64,000 nt of DNA from an uncultured Abiotrophia sp. (GTDB taxonomy: Bacteria > Bacillota > Bacilli > Lactobacillales > Aerococcaceae), in the NCBI RefSeq assembly GCF_938010525.1, contig NZ_CALLVK010000021.1, positions 183,263 through 247,262 on the forward strand, written 5' to 3'. Positions within the stretch are counted from its first letter, which is position 1. Each line of letters opens with the position of its first letter. Shown here piece by piece: positions 56,540 through 64,000 of this stretch. The translations under genes and the position numbers were made by a program. Under the pieces are notes generated by a model. It saw nothing but the letters and a program-made list of their open reading frames with translations, did no database searches and was not told the DNA's origin.

Positions 56540-58015
56540 TTAATTACTAATACCCATCCCTTGGCTCACGCACCAGGCATGAACATCCTCAATCACCTGA
56601 TCCGCCATCTGACGGAATTCCCGATCATCGACCTTGAGGACATAGCGGTAGATGCCCTGGGCCAATTGGAAGGAGAGACAGGCATCTAGCAGGGGGCTTG
56701 GTTCTTCCAGGGGTAGAATCTTGCGGTAGCCCGCTAGGAAGGCTTGGCGTTCTTCTGGTTGCTTGACTTCACGCAGCCAGAGCTTAGCTAATTCACGCCA
56801 GGGAATATCAACTACAAGACGCTCAAAGTCAATAACCGCCCACTCATCTCCCCTACACTTGAGGTTACGCCAAGAGTAATCCCCATGCAGAACAGTTTGC
56901 GGAAGGCTGGCATACTCCACATCGATTTGCTCAAAACGAGCTTGGAAAAAGTCATAGAGTGGTGCCAGCCTTGCCGCTTCAGAGCTGCCTAGTAAATCCT
57001 GGCGCCAGCTAATTATTTGCTGACTGAGAGGCGGTTGACGCCGCAAATGATTAGCTAAAGGTGCTAGCTTCAAATGCGTTTGGGCTAAGAGCTCACCTAG
57101 CTTGCCTAAATCTTCAAGGCTTGGCGTCACCACTGGGGCTAGTTCCTGCCAGTCTTGAATGAGAACATGGCGTCCCTCTAGAACTAGATCCGCGACATAC
57201 CAATCAGGCCAGATTGCCAGAAGACCTAGCTTATCCCGATTAAACTTGTCTGCTTCCGCATACACCTTGACGAAATAGCGCCGTTGATACTGAGGCAAGT
57301 CTGCTCGGAAAACCGCGTTAAGCGATAGATGGTCCAAAGGTGTCAAATGAGCTGACAAAGATGCCGCTAACTTAGCCTGAAATGCTAGTGTGACGGGCCC
57401 ATCATGAGGCACAAACCAATCTAGAATATCCTTTAACTGCGTCATGACGCGTTGCTGGCTAGTCTCTGCTCCGATAAAATTAATGCTTCCTACCCCGGCA
57501 GCCAAGGCACACTCAATATCTAGGTCGCGGTCGCCAACATAGTAGGTTTGAGCCGGATCCAATTGATATTTATCTAAGAGATAGTGAACCCCTTGAGGGT
57601 CAGGTTTACGCTTAAAACCTGCTTCAATCGTGATAACCTCATCAAAATAGTCCGTCCAACCCAATCGGTCCAAGACTTGAAAGGCTGCCTTGTCCTTATG
57701 GGTGTAGACAAAGTGGCGATGGCCCGCTTGCTTCAAGCCAGCCAGTATAGCATCTGCCCCATCCATGGGGCCAATCTGCTCGTCCCGAGCAGCGGTCGCT
57801 TGTTTGAGTCTGGCCACAAAAGAGTCGCGGTCCACCTGACCTGATGCTACTAGCCCAGCAATGAGGTCACGGATGGAATAATCAATAATATAGGATGCTA
57901 CCACGTCTCGATCGAAGCTGAGGCCGAATTCTTGATAGGTTTCGGCTAGCGCCTCTAGGGTATGGGGATAGGAATTAATGAGGGTCCCGTCCAAGTCCCA
58001 GATAAAGTTGGCCAT
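56540..58015 (-). CDS. Bifunctional-looking fusion: N-terminal HAD-IA hydrolase (beta-PGM-like) plus C-terminal APH/choline-kinase-like phosphotransferase
   Basis: ATG at 58015 with an AAAAGGAG SD. N-terminal FIWDLDGTLINS (HAD motif I) and YVGDRDLD (motif IV); C-terminal HGDYSWRNL (Brenner HGDxxxxN) and IDFE. Confidence 0.65.
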   Translation of the reverse strand: MANFIWDLDGTLINSYPHTLEALAETYQEFGLSFDRDVVASYIIDYSIRDLIAGLVASGQVDRDSFVARLKQATAARDEQIGPMDGADAILAGLKQAGHRHFVYTHKDKAAFQVLDRLGWTDYFDEVITIEAGFKRKPDPQGVHYLLDKYQLDPAQTYYVGDRDLDIECALAAGVGSINFIGAETSQQRVMTQLKDILDWFVPHDGPVTLAFQAKLAASLSAHLTPLDHLSLNAVFRADLPQYQRRYFVKVYAEADKFNRDKLGLLAIWPDWYVADLVLEGRHVLIQDWQELAPVVTPSLEDLGKLGELLAQTHLKLAPLANHLRRQPPLSQQIISWRQDLLGSSEAARLAPLYDFFQARFEQIDVEYASLPQTVLHGDYSWRNLKCRGDEWAVIDFERLVVDIPWRELAKLWLREVKQPEERQAFLAGYRKILPLEEPSPLLDACLSFQLAQGIYRYVLKVDDREFRQMADQVIEDVHAWCVSQGMGISN

Positions 58016-58057
58016 GGGCGTCAACTCCTTTTCTTGAATTAAGTTATTTGCTGAATA

Positions 58058-59110
58058 CTAAGGTGCTACTTGCCAACTAGCCTTCAGACTGGCGATACCG
58101 GCTTCTAGTATTTCCAACTGAAGCAGGGTCTCTTGCGGTTGAACGCGACGAGGCGCCCCTTCTCTGAGTGTGGCATAGAGGGCCTGATAGACGCGACCAT
58201 AATCTCCCCTTTGACTCTGGATAGCTTGTCGGACTAGGTGCCCCTCTTGATCGAGGCTAGACAGAATGCCATAGTGCTCAGGCCTATCCAAACCAAAATC
58301 AGGCTGGTCTGGCATATAGAAGGCCTTGAGATCTTCCTCCTGGCGGTCCTTGCTTGCCTTGATAAAGGAACCCTTACTCCCATAAAGTTGGAAGGAAGGC
58401 CGTTCCTCTAGGCGGAAGTAGGAGGATTTAACGGAAACCTTGAGGGGACCATAATAGAGATCCAGGTCGAAGTAGTCATTCATCCGATTGGGGCCTAAGA
58501 GCGAGCGAACATCGTAGACCACCCGGTCAGGCCGACCAAAATAGGCAATCACTTGATCTAAGGTGTGGCAGGCGTGGCTGTAGAGAAAGCTTGAATTGAG
58601 AGTAAACGTTTCTTGTCCTTGCGGAACTTCTGGTCGATAGTAATCAAAGTGCATCTCAACTTCCAGCAAATCGCCTAGCTTGCCCGACTCGATAACCTCA
58701 AGGCTGGTCAGGTAGTCCGAATCATAGCGACGATTTTGATAACACTCTAGGTGTAGGCCTAATCCTTCCGCCAAGCCAAAGAGCTCGCGCGCCTCTTGGG
58801 CAGTCGCTAAAAAAGGCTTCTCACACAGAACGTGTTTACCTGCTAGGAGGGCCTGTTTAATATAGTCATAGTGGGAGTCCAGGGGCGTCGTGATGACCAC
58901 CAAGTCCACTTCTGGGTCGCCCAAAATAGCCGCCAAGTCCTGACTATAGTGGATATCTGGGCGTTTGGGCCAAGCAAAGTTAAAATGCCGGACATAGACA
59001 CTTTTGACTCGAAACAAATGGGGCAGTTGATCGACAAAGGGTAGGTGATAGCGGTTAGTACTCTTGCCATTGCCGATATAGGCTAGAGTGAGGGGCTGAG
59101 TGGTCATAGC
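58058..59110 (-). CDS. Gfo/Idh/MocA-family NAD(P)-dependent oxidoreductase
   Basis: Start at the internal ATG (MTTQPLTLAYIGNGKSTNRYH) with AAAGGAGG 7 nt upstream; Rossmann N-terminal domain. Confidence 0.7.
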   Translation of the reverse strand, partial: AMTTQPLTLAYIGNGKSTNRYHLPFVDQLPHLFRVKSVYVRHFNFAWPKRPDIHYSQDLAAILGDPEVDLVVITTPLDSHYDYIKQALLAGKHVLCEKPFLATAQEARELFGLAEGLGLHLECYQNRRYDSDYLTSLEVIESGKLGDLLEVEMHFDYYRPEVPQGQETFTLNSSFLYSHACHTLDQVIAYFGRPDRVVYDVRSLLGPNRMNDYFDLDLYYGPLKVSVKSSYFRLEERPSFQLYGSKGSFIKASKDRQEEDLKAFYMPDQPDFGLDRPEHYGILSSLDQEGHLVRQAIQSQRGDYGRVYQALYATLREGAPRRVQPQETLLQLEILEAGIASLKASWQVAP

Positions 59111-59235
59111 GTTGCCTCCTTTTGCTAGTGACGAGAAATAGCGAAATCTACGCTGACTTAAGTTGCTAATTACTTCTATTATACGCAATGATGAGGGCTA
59201 TCGACAAGCGCTTTCTATTCCCTGCCCCCAGAGAC

Positions 59236-59274
59236 AAAAACCAGGCTAGAGTTCAAGCTCTAGCCTGGTTTTCC
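59236..59274. terminator. Rho-independent terminator downstream of the GNAT gene
   Basis: ccaggctagag-ttcaa-gctctagcctgg 11-bp stem between aaaaa and ttttcc. Confidence 0.65.
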
Positions 59275-59317
59275 TGTCCGGTAACTCACCACTAGACAGT
59301 ACCGGTTCCATTTTAGC

Positions 59318-59917
59318 CTATGCATAAGAAGCGCGCTCGCGACGACGAGCCCAGTCTGATTTGAGTAGGCCATAACGTAAATCATCGATACGGACATCAT
59401 CCAACTGATGTCTGCCCCGCAAACATGCTTCTAGGGAAAAGCCACATTTGCGTAAGACTGACTGACTCTGTTCATTACTGCTATAGCAGGACGCCTCTAA
59501 TTTATAGAGATTCAACAAGCCAAAAGCCACCTCGGTAAAGGCCGATACAGCTTCGGGTGCAATGCCCCGCCCCCAATAAGTTGGATGCAGTACATAGCCA
59601 ATCTCTAAAATATCTGGCCCCAGACGATCGATAAAATCAATAGAGCCAATCACTCGGTCAATTCCCTTAAGGGTAATACCGTAACCAATCGGCACCCTGC
59701 GATAACTCATTTCCTGAGGAAAGACTTGGGTAAAGTAGGTAATTTCTTGTTCTAGACTCCGAATGCGTGGGAAACCCGCGGCCTGAGCCACGGTATCCAA
59801 ATGAGCATAAGCAAACATATCTTCTGCGTCCGCCAAGGTCCGCTTGCGCAGGACTAGGCGATTGGTCTCCACGCGTGGCAAGTGGTTGTCCACCACGCCA
59901 CCAAATATCTTAATCAT
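59318..59917 (-). CDS. GNAT-family N-acetyltransferase (RimJ/RimL-like)
   Basis: Start at the internal ATG (MIKIFGG...); overlaps the queH stop by 8 nt; GNAT motif A region GRGIAPEAVSA. Confidence 0.65.
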   Translation of the reverse strand: MIKIFGGVVDNHLPRVETNRLVLRKRTLADAEDMFAYAHLDTVAQAAGFPRIRSLEQEITYFTQVFPQEMSYRRVPIGYGITLKGIDRVIGSIDFIDRLGPDILEIGYVLHPTYWGRGIAPEAVSAFTEVAFGLLNLYKLEASCYSSNEQSQSVLRKCGFSLEACLRGRHQLDDVRIDDLRYGLLKSDWARRRERASYA

Positions 59918-60707
59918 GGTTTTCTTTGGCCTCCTTCGCCTTGCTCCTGCCAAAGTTAAATGAAATCTTGTCCCAATTCTCATGCTTATCCTTGAGATAA
60001 GCCAAGGCTTCCTTATTCACCTCCCGTAAGTCCACCCCTTGTTGCTTGGCTGCAAAGACACAGCCACAATAACACTGGCGATAGACATCGTATTCGCGGC
60101 ACATAACGATTGAACGCTCATAGCCTTTATTCTTCTTAAAATCACTTGGTAAGTAGTTAACATCATAGAGTTGTTGAACCTCTAGCCCCAATTCATTAAT
60201 GAGCTGACTATTTTTCTTAGGGGATAGGGTCAGAGCCGAACCAAAGTAGTCAAAGCCCAATTCTTGGGCCACTTGAGCCACTCGGTCTAGTCGCATATTA
60301 AAGCAAGCTGAGCAACGCTCGCCCCCTTCTTCTTCTTCAGCCAATTGATGGAACATGACCATACGCGTAAAGACTTCTGGCCGATATTCATCTTCAATAA
60401 AGCCCGCCTGATGGCCAGTTCGTTCATTGAATTGGTCAATAAAGCGCTTCTGCTCATGGGCTCGGCGCTGATACTCAGACTTAGGATGAATATTGGAGTT
60501 AGAGAAGAAGATGGTCACCTCCGCGTGTTGGCAGAGAAATTCGAGGGTGGAAGTCGAACATGGCGCACAACAAGAATGCAAGAGGATGGTTGGCTTGTCT
60601 TCCTGGGCCTCCCATTTAACAATCATTTTGCGTAAGACCTTGTCATAGTTAATGGTCTGATTCTTCAGACGTCGTAAGACTTCTTCTGCGTTAATCTTAG
60701 CATGCAT
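59910..60707 (-). CDS. queH: Epoxyqueuosine reductase QueH (DUF208)
   Basis: LLHSCCAPCS motif and additional Cys cluster; 265 aa. Confidence 0.8.
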   Translation of the reverse strand: MHAKINAEEVLRRLKNQTINYDKVLRKMIVKWEAQEDKPTILLHSCCAPCSTSTLEFLCQHAEVTIFFSNSNIHPKSEYQRRAHEQKRFIDQFNERTGHQAGFIEDEYRPEVFTRMVMFHQLAEEEEGGERCSACFNMRLDRVAQVAQELGFDYFGSALTLSPKKNSQLINELGLEVQQLYDVNYLPSDFKKNKGYERSIVMCREYDVYRQCYCGCVFAAKQQGVDLREVNKEALAYLKDKHENWDKISFNFGRSKAKEAKENHD

Positions 60708-60860
60708 GGCCTCATCTCCTTCCCGCCTTTATCTACCTATAGTATACCATAAAACCGGTACCATGGAAGACTTGGCCCCTATTTTTATTTGCGGTCTCAC
60801 TTAGTGTTTCTTTTCAGATAAAGCGAATGGGGCACCGCTCCTGCAGTGCCCCATTCGCTT

Positions 60861-61376
60861 CTATAAGTCAATATCTAGCTGATAATCATCCTGAATCAGA
60901 AGATAGTTGGCGCCCGTTTGCTTAGCCTGAGCTAGCTGTCTGGCATTGTCCCGCAAGACGCTGTCTAGGGTACACCAAGTGTCATCTACCCTTTGTTCAA
61001 TGGCATTGGCATGTGCTTTGATATCGGCAAAGTGCTTTCTAATATAATCCTCACTCATGATTAGGCAATAATACTTAATCTGGCTAAGTTCGTCTGCTTC
61101 AAAATCCTTGGCCCAACCAAAAGGGATATAGCAGCCTTCTACTATCAAATTTTGCCCATTCTCAATGGCTGTTTTAATCATCTCCCGCACAATCGGCCAG
61201 AGAAATTCGGTCAAGGTCTGATCATCCGTCATGGCATGATGGGGACTATGGCCACTCCGAATCAAGCCCATTTTTAGATGGTCGATGGATAGGTAGGGAT
61301 AATGATATTTTTCCAATAGTCTCTGCGCGAGTAGGGTTTTGCCTGTATGAGACGCCCCCGTAATTAAGATAATCAT
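60861..61376 (-). CDS. P-loop NTPase / small kinase-like ATPase
   Basis: MIILITGASHTGKTLLAQRL Walker A at the N-terminus; 171 aa. Confidence 0.6.
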   Translation of the reverse strand: MIILITGASHTGKTLLAQRLLEKYHYPYLSIDHLKMGLIRSGHSPHHAMTDDQTLTEFLWPIVREMIKTAIENGQNLIVEGCYIPFGWAKDFEADELSQIKYYCLIMSEDYIRKHFADIKAHANAIEQRVDDTWCTLDSVLRDNARQLAQAKQTGANYLLIQDDYQLDIDL

Positions 61377-61445
61377 ACTCTTTCTTTCCTCTCAAATTCT
61401 ATAGAAGAAGAGGCAGAGACGCTATGTCTCTACCCCTTTAGAAGT

Positions 61446-62822
61446 CTAGTTTTCTTCATTTTCTTCGTCACCAAATTCTTCTTCTTCGAAGTCTTGGTAG
61501 TCAAAATCAGTGGTCAAGGTACGCTCCGCATCTAATGTCAGCAGCACCCAACGAATACGGCCATTTTCAATTTGCGTGGTCGTTAAGACATAGTCGTTAA
61601 CCCGCACCGACAAGCGTTCATCATCATCTGGCACATAGCCGATAATTTGAATCATGAGGCCGGCAATCGTCTCCACGTCCTCTGACCGCACAGACTCATT
61701 GAAGGTCGCATTAAACTTATCTAAGGTCACCCCGCCATCAACTTCCCAGTGGGTCTCGTCAATGGCCTGGAAGGATTCACTGTTGATATCGGACTCGTCT
61801 TCGATTTCCCCGACAATCTCTTCAATTAAGTCTTCTAGGGTGACAATCCCTTCGACACCGCCGTATTCATCCTTGAGGATGGCCAAATGGGTTTGTTCGC
61901 GACGGAACTCTAAGAGTAGGTCATCTGTGTAGATGGTATCCGGCACAAACATTGGTTCATTGGCAATCTCACGTAAGTCTATGTTATCAAAGCCATGTTG
62001 GCGCGAGGCACGTAAGAGGTTTTTAACGTGAATCACACCAATCACATTGTCCTTATCCCCTTCATAGAGTGGAATCCGCGAGAAAGGACTATCTAATAAG
62101 GCATTGATATTTTCTTCTAGCGGATCTTCAATATCAATCATCTGGGTGTCTGTCCGAGGCACCATGACCTCACGGGCCAACTTACTATCAAGCGATAGCA
62201 CGCCCTGCATCATAGCAAACTCATCCGTGTCAATGGCCCCATCGTTACGGCTGTTGGCCAAGAGGGCCTTCATCTCACTACGGGTGAATTTTTCTTCTTC
62301 TTTGGTAAAATCAATTGGCGTCAGTCGCTTCAAAAGCCCCGTTGAAGCCGTCAGCAAGCCCACAAAAGGCTTGGCTAACCACTGAGTAACAGAGATAAAG
62401 CCCGCCGTGCCTAAGGCAATCTCTTCAGGCATCTGAAGGGCGACCTGCTTAGGATAAAGTTCCCCTAAAACCAGGGTTAAATAAGATAAAACAAAGGTGA
62501 CAATCAAAATCGCGACTGCTTTTCCGCCCGGCAGACTTGGCAGCCAAGTCATAATTCGATCTGCAAAGGTGGTTGCAGCCGACGCACTAGAGAAGAAGCC
62601 CGCTAAGGTGATGGCAACTTGAATGGTAGCCAAAAAGTCATCCGACTTATCCAAAAGTTTCATCACGCGTTGGGCTTTGACATTGCCTGATTCCGCCAGT
62701 TGAGTCATTTTTTGTTGGTTGAGCGAGACGAAGGCAATCTCTGATGCCGAGAAAATCGCATTAATAAAGGTCAGTACTAAGATTAATAAGATTTGTGTAC
62801 TTAAATTCCCCGAGGGGTCCAT
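61446..62822 (-). CDS. HlyC/CorC (CNNM) family transporter: DUF21 TM domain, CBS pair, CorC_HlyC
   Basis: Start at the internal ATG (MDPSGNLSTQILL...) with an AAGGAG SD. Acidic C-terminal tail; CBS pair in the middle. Confidence 0.75.
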   Translation of the reverse strand: MDPSGNLSTQILLILVLTFINAIFSASEIAFVSLNQQKMTQLAESGNVKAQRVMKLLDKSDDFLATIQVAITLAGFFSSASAATTFADRIMTWLPSLPGGKAVAILIVTFVLSYLTLVLGELYPKQVALQMPEEIALGTAGFISVTQWLAKPFVGLLTASTGLLKRLTPIDFTKEEEKFTRSEMKALLANSRNDGAIDTDEFAMMQGVLSLDSKLAREVMVPRTDTQMIDIEDPLEENINALLDSPFSRIPLYEGDKDNVIGVIHVKNLLRASRQHGFDNIDLREIANEPMFVPDTIYTDDLLLEFRREQTHLAILKDEYGGVEGIVTLEDLIEEIVGEIEDESDINSESFQAIDETHWEVDGGVTLDKFNATFNESVRSEDVETIAGLMIQIIGYVPDDDERLSVRVNDYVLTTTQIENGRIRWVLLTLDAERTLTTDFDYQDFEEEEFGDEENEEN

Positions 62823-63050
62823 TGTCGTCAATCTCCTTTTGCTTTTACAATATAATGTTAAGTTTAATAATAGGTAAAAATGATGCAAAATGCAAGAGCT
62901 AGGGACCAATAATACGTTTTCTTTTAGATATTTTTAATATTATATGAGATATCCATGAGAAAACATTGTGTTTTGTCCTTATTTTTGATACACTATACGA
63001 GATTGGGCCCCATTTTAAGGGGCAAAAGTTCCCCAGAAAGGAGTACCGCT

Positions 63051-63686
63051 ATGATTGAACAACTAGTCGTCCCTAAACAGCAGATTACCTATCTAACCGA
63101 AGCCGATAACTGCGCAAACGCCTTGGATTTATTAGAAGATCAGGGACTACGCTGTGTGCCCGTCCTAGACGCCACCCAGACCCTCTACCGCGGTAATCTC
63201 TATCGCTATCACATCTATCAATATGCCTACCATCACCCTGACGAAGATTTGAGTAGCCTGCCAGTCACCCACTTCCTCAAAAACACGACTCGCGTAGTGC
63301 ACGAGCAGGACTCCTTCTATCATATGGTCTTTACCCTCAATGACCTACCTTACGTCGCTGTTCTGGACCGTGACAATCGATTCAGCGGTATTATTCGTCA
63401 TAACACCATGTTGCAGTGGCTAGCTCAAGCCTGGGCCATGCCGAATGCAGGTTTTGCCCTATCAGTCGAGACCCTAGGTAGTCGTGGAGAATTGGCTCAA
63501 GTCAGCAAGTTAATCAATCGCTTTAGCGACATTGTCTCTGCTACCACCCTGGAGAAAACCGATATGGATACCAAGGGCCAGATCCTCTATGTTCTGCCAA
63601 GCAGTCTAGACCCCGTTGAGTTCAATCAATTGGTCAAGCAATTAGAGCGACGTGGCTACCGCATTCGAAGCTACCGTATACATTAA
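63051..63686 (+). CDS. CBS-domain protein
   Basis: Start at ATG 63051 (MIEQLVVPK...) with AAAGGAG 7 nt upstream; the ORF-track M1 at 62955 lacks an SD. Confidence 0.55.
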   Translation: MIEQLVVPKQQITYLTEADNCANALDLLEDQGLRCVPVLDATQTLYRGNLYRYHIYQYAYHHPDEDLSSLPVTHFLKNTTRVVHEQDSFYHMVFTLNDLPYVAVLDRDNRFSGIIRHNTMLQWLAQAWAMPNAGFALSVETLGSRGELAQVSKLINRFSDIVSATTLEKTDMDTKGQILYVLPSSLDPVEFNQLVKQLERRGYRIRSYRIH

Positions 63687-63690
63687 GTAA

Positions 63691-63715
63691 GGTTGGAGTT
63701 AACTCCAACCTTTTT
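63691..63715 (+). terminator. Rho-independent terminator after the CBS gene
   Basis: ggttggagtt-aactccaacc hairpin followed by ttttt. Confidence 0.7.
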
Positions 63716-63726
63716 CTATAAGAAAA

Positions 63727-63759
63727 GAGCTCGATTAGTCAGCTATCGAGCTCTCTTTT
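63727..63759. terminator. Second hairpin terminator overlapping the 3' end of the RluA-family gene (bidirectional geometry)
   Basis: gagctcgat...atcgagctc hairpin flanked by aaaa and ctttttg. Confidence 0.5.
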
Positions 63760-64000
63760 TGTTCTAAGTTACTTTCCCTTTTGGCTAGCCAGGCGGCCAT
63801 ATCCTCAGGTAGAGGGGCCGATAGCACTAGGCGCTGTCCAGTGAAGGGCTGGGTGAGACGTAGTTCACCGCAGTGGAGGGCCTGGCGACTAATCTCTTCC
63901 AAATGCGGGCCACCATAAAGGTCATCTCCAACTAGCACCCCACCTGCATCTTGCATATGGACCCGAATCTGGTGGGTACGTCCCGTATGAAGGCGAAGCT
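63735..64000 (-). CDS. RluA-family pseudouridine synthase (RluD-like), C-terminal part only; the gene continues beyond the window end
   Basis: HMQDAGGVLVGDDLYG...RQALHCGELRLTQPFTGQRLVLSAPLPEDM matches the conserved RluA/RluD C-terminus. The frame remains open to position 64000. Confidence 0.65.
   Translation of the reverse strand, partial: LRLHTGRTHQIRVHMQDAGGVLVGDDLYGGPHLEEISRQALHCGELRLTQPFTGQRLVLSAPLPEDMAAWLAKRESNLEQKESSIAD

Noticed and set aside
60820-60856. Hairpin agcgaatggggcac...gtgccccattcgct downstream of the P-loop ATPase gene
   Set aside because: The stem is good but the following sequence has only a weak, interrupted T-run on the minus strand. Left uncalled as a terminator.

Overview
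This window looks like a segment of a Lactobacillales-type (Firmicutes) chromosome, roughly 48-50% GC, with strong AGGAGG-type Shine-Dalgarno sites. Nearly every gene is on the minus strand. The backbone is dominated by host-glycan and rare-sugar catabolism. Reading left to right it holds: a secreted GH85 endo-beta-N-acetylglucosaminidase that runs off the window start, a stand-alone YycJ-like MBL hydrolase, and a GH29 alpha-L-fucosidase. Further on are two PTS loci, one fructose family and one galactitol family, each with a class II aldolase. The galactitol-family operon is led by a BglG-type antiterminator and has a recognisable promoter, RAT-like element and leader terminator. Next come a GH35 beta-galactosidase with a lactose/cellobiose-family PTS and an aldo/keto reductase under a divergent ROK regulator, then a GH36-like hydrolase convergent with an AraC regulator, and galK-galT. 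Housekeeping genes include SpxH/YjbH-like, a CYTH protein, two tandem CorA paralogs, coiA-pepF, queH, ClC, a CNNM/CorC transporter, an APC permease and an RluA-family fragment at the 3' edge. The most striking feature is a ~3.2 kb sharply AT-rich island (about 5.84-9.05 kb) carrying only two co-oriented genes: an OLD-family-like ABC-ATPase plus Toprim nuclease and a Dam-like D12 N6-adenine methyltransferase. OLD nucleases are not classically described as coupled to a methyltransferase, so this is a candidate R-M-like defense module. Other points of interest: a 2.5-copy tandem array of ~83-bp units, each with a 13-bp perfect stem-loop showing compensatory stem changes; a four-gene operon (PglC-like phosphoglycosyltransferase, DegT aminotransferase, membrane GT2, class I/II aminotransferase); a fused HAD-phosphatase/APH-like kinase; an orphan PotD-like binding protein next to an amidohydrolase; and a cluster of four uncharacterised membrane proteins that includes two tandem paralogs. 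No rRNA, tRNA, CRISPR, transposase or integrase was recognised.
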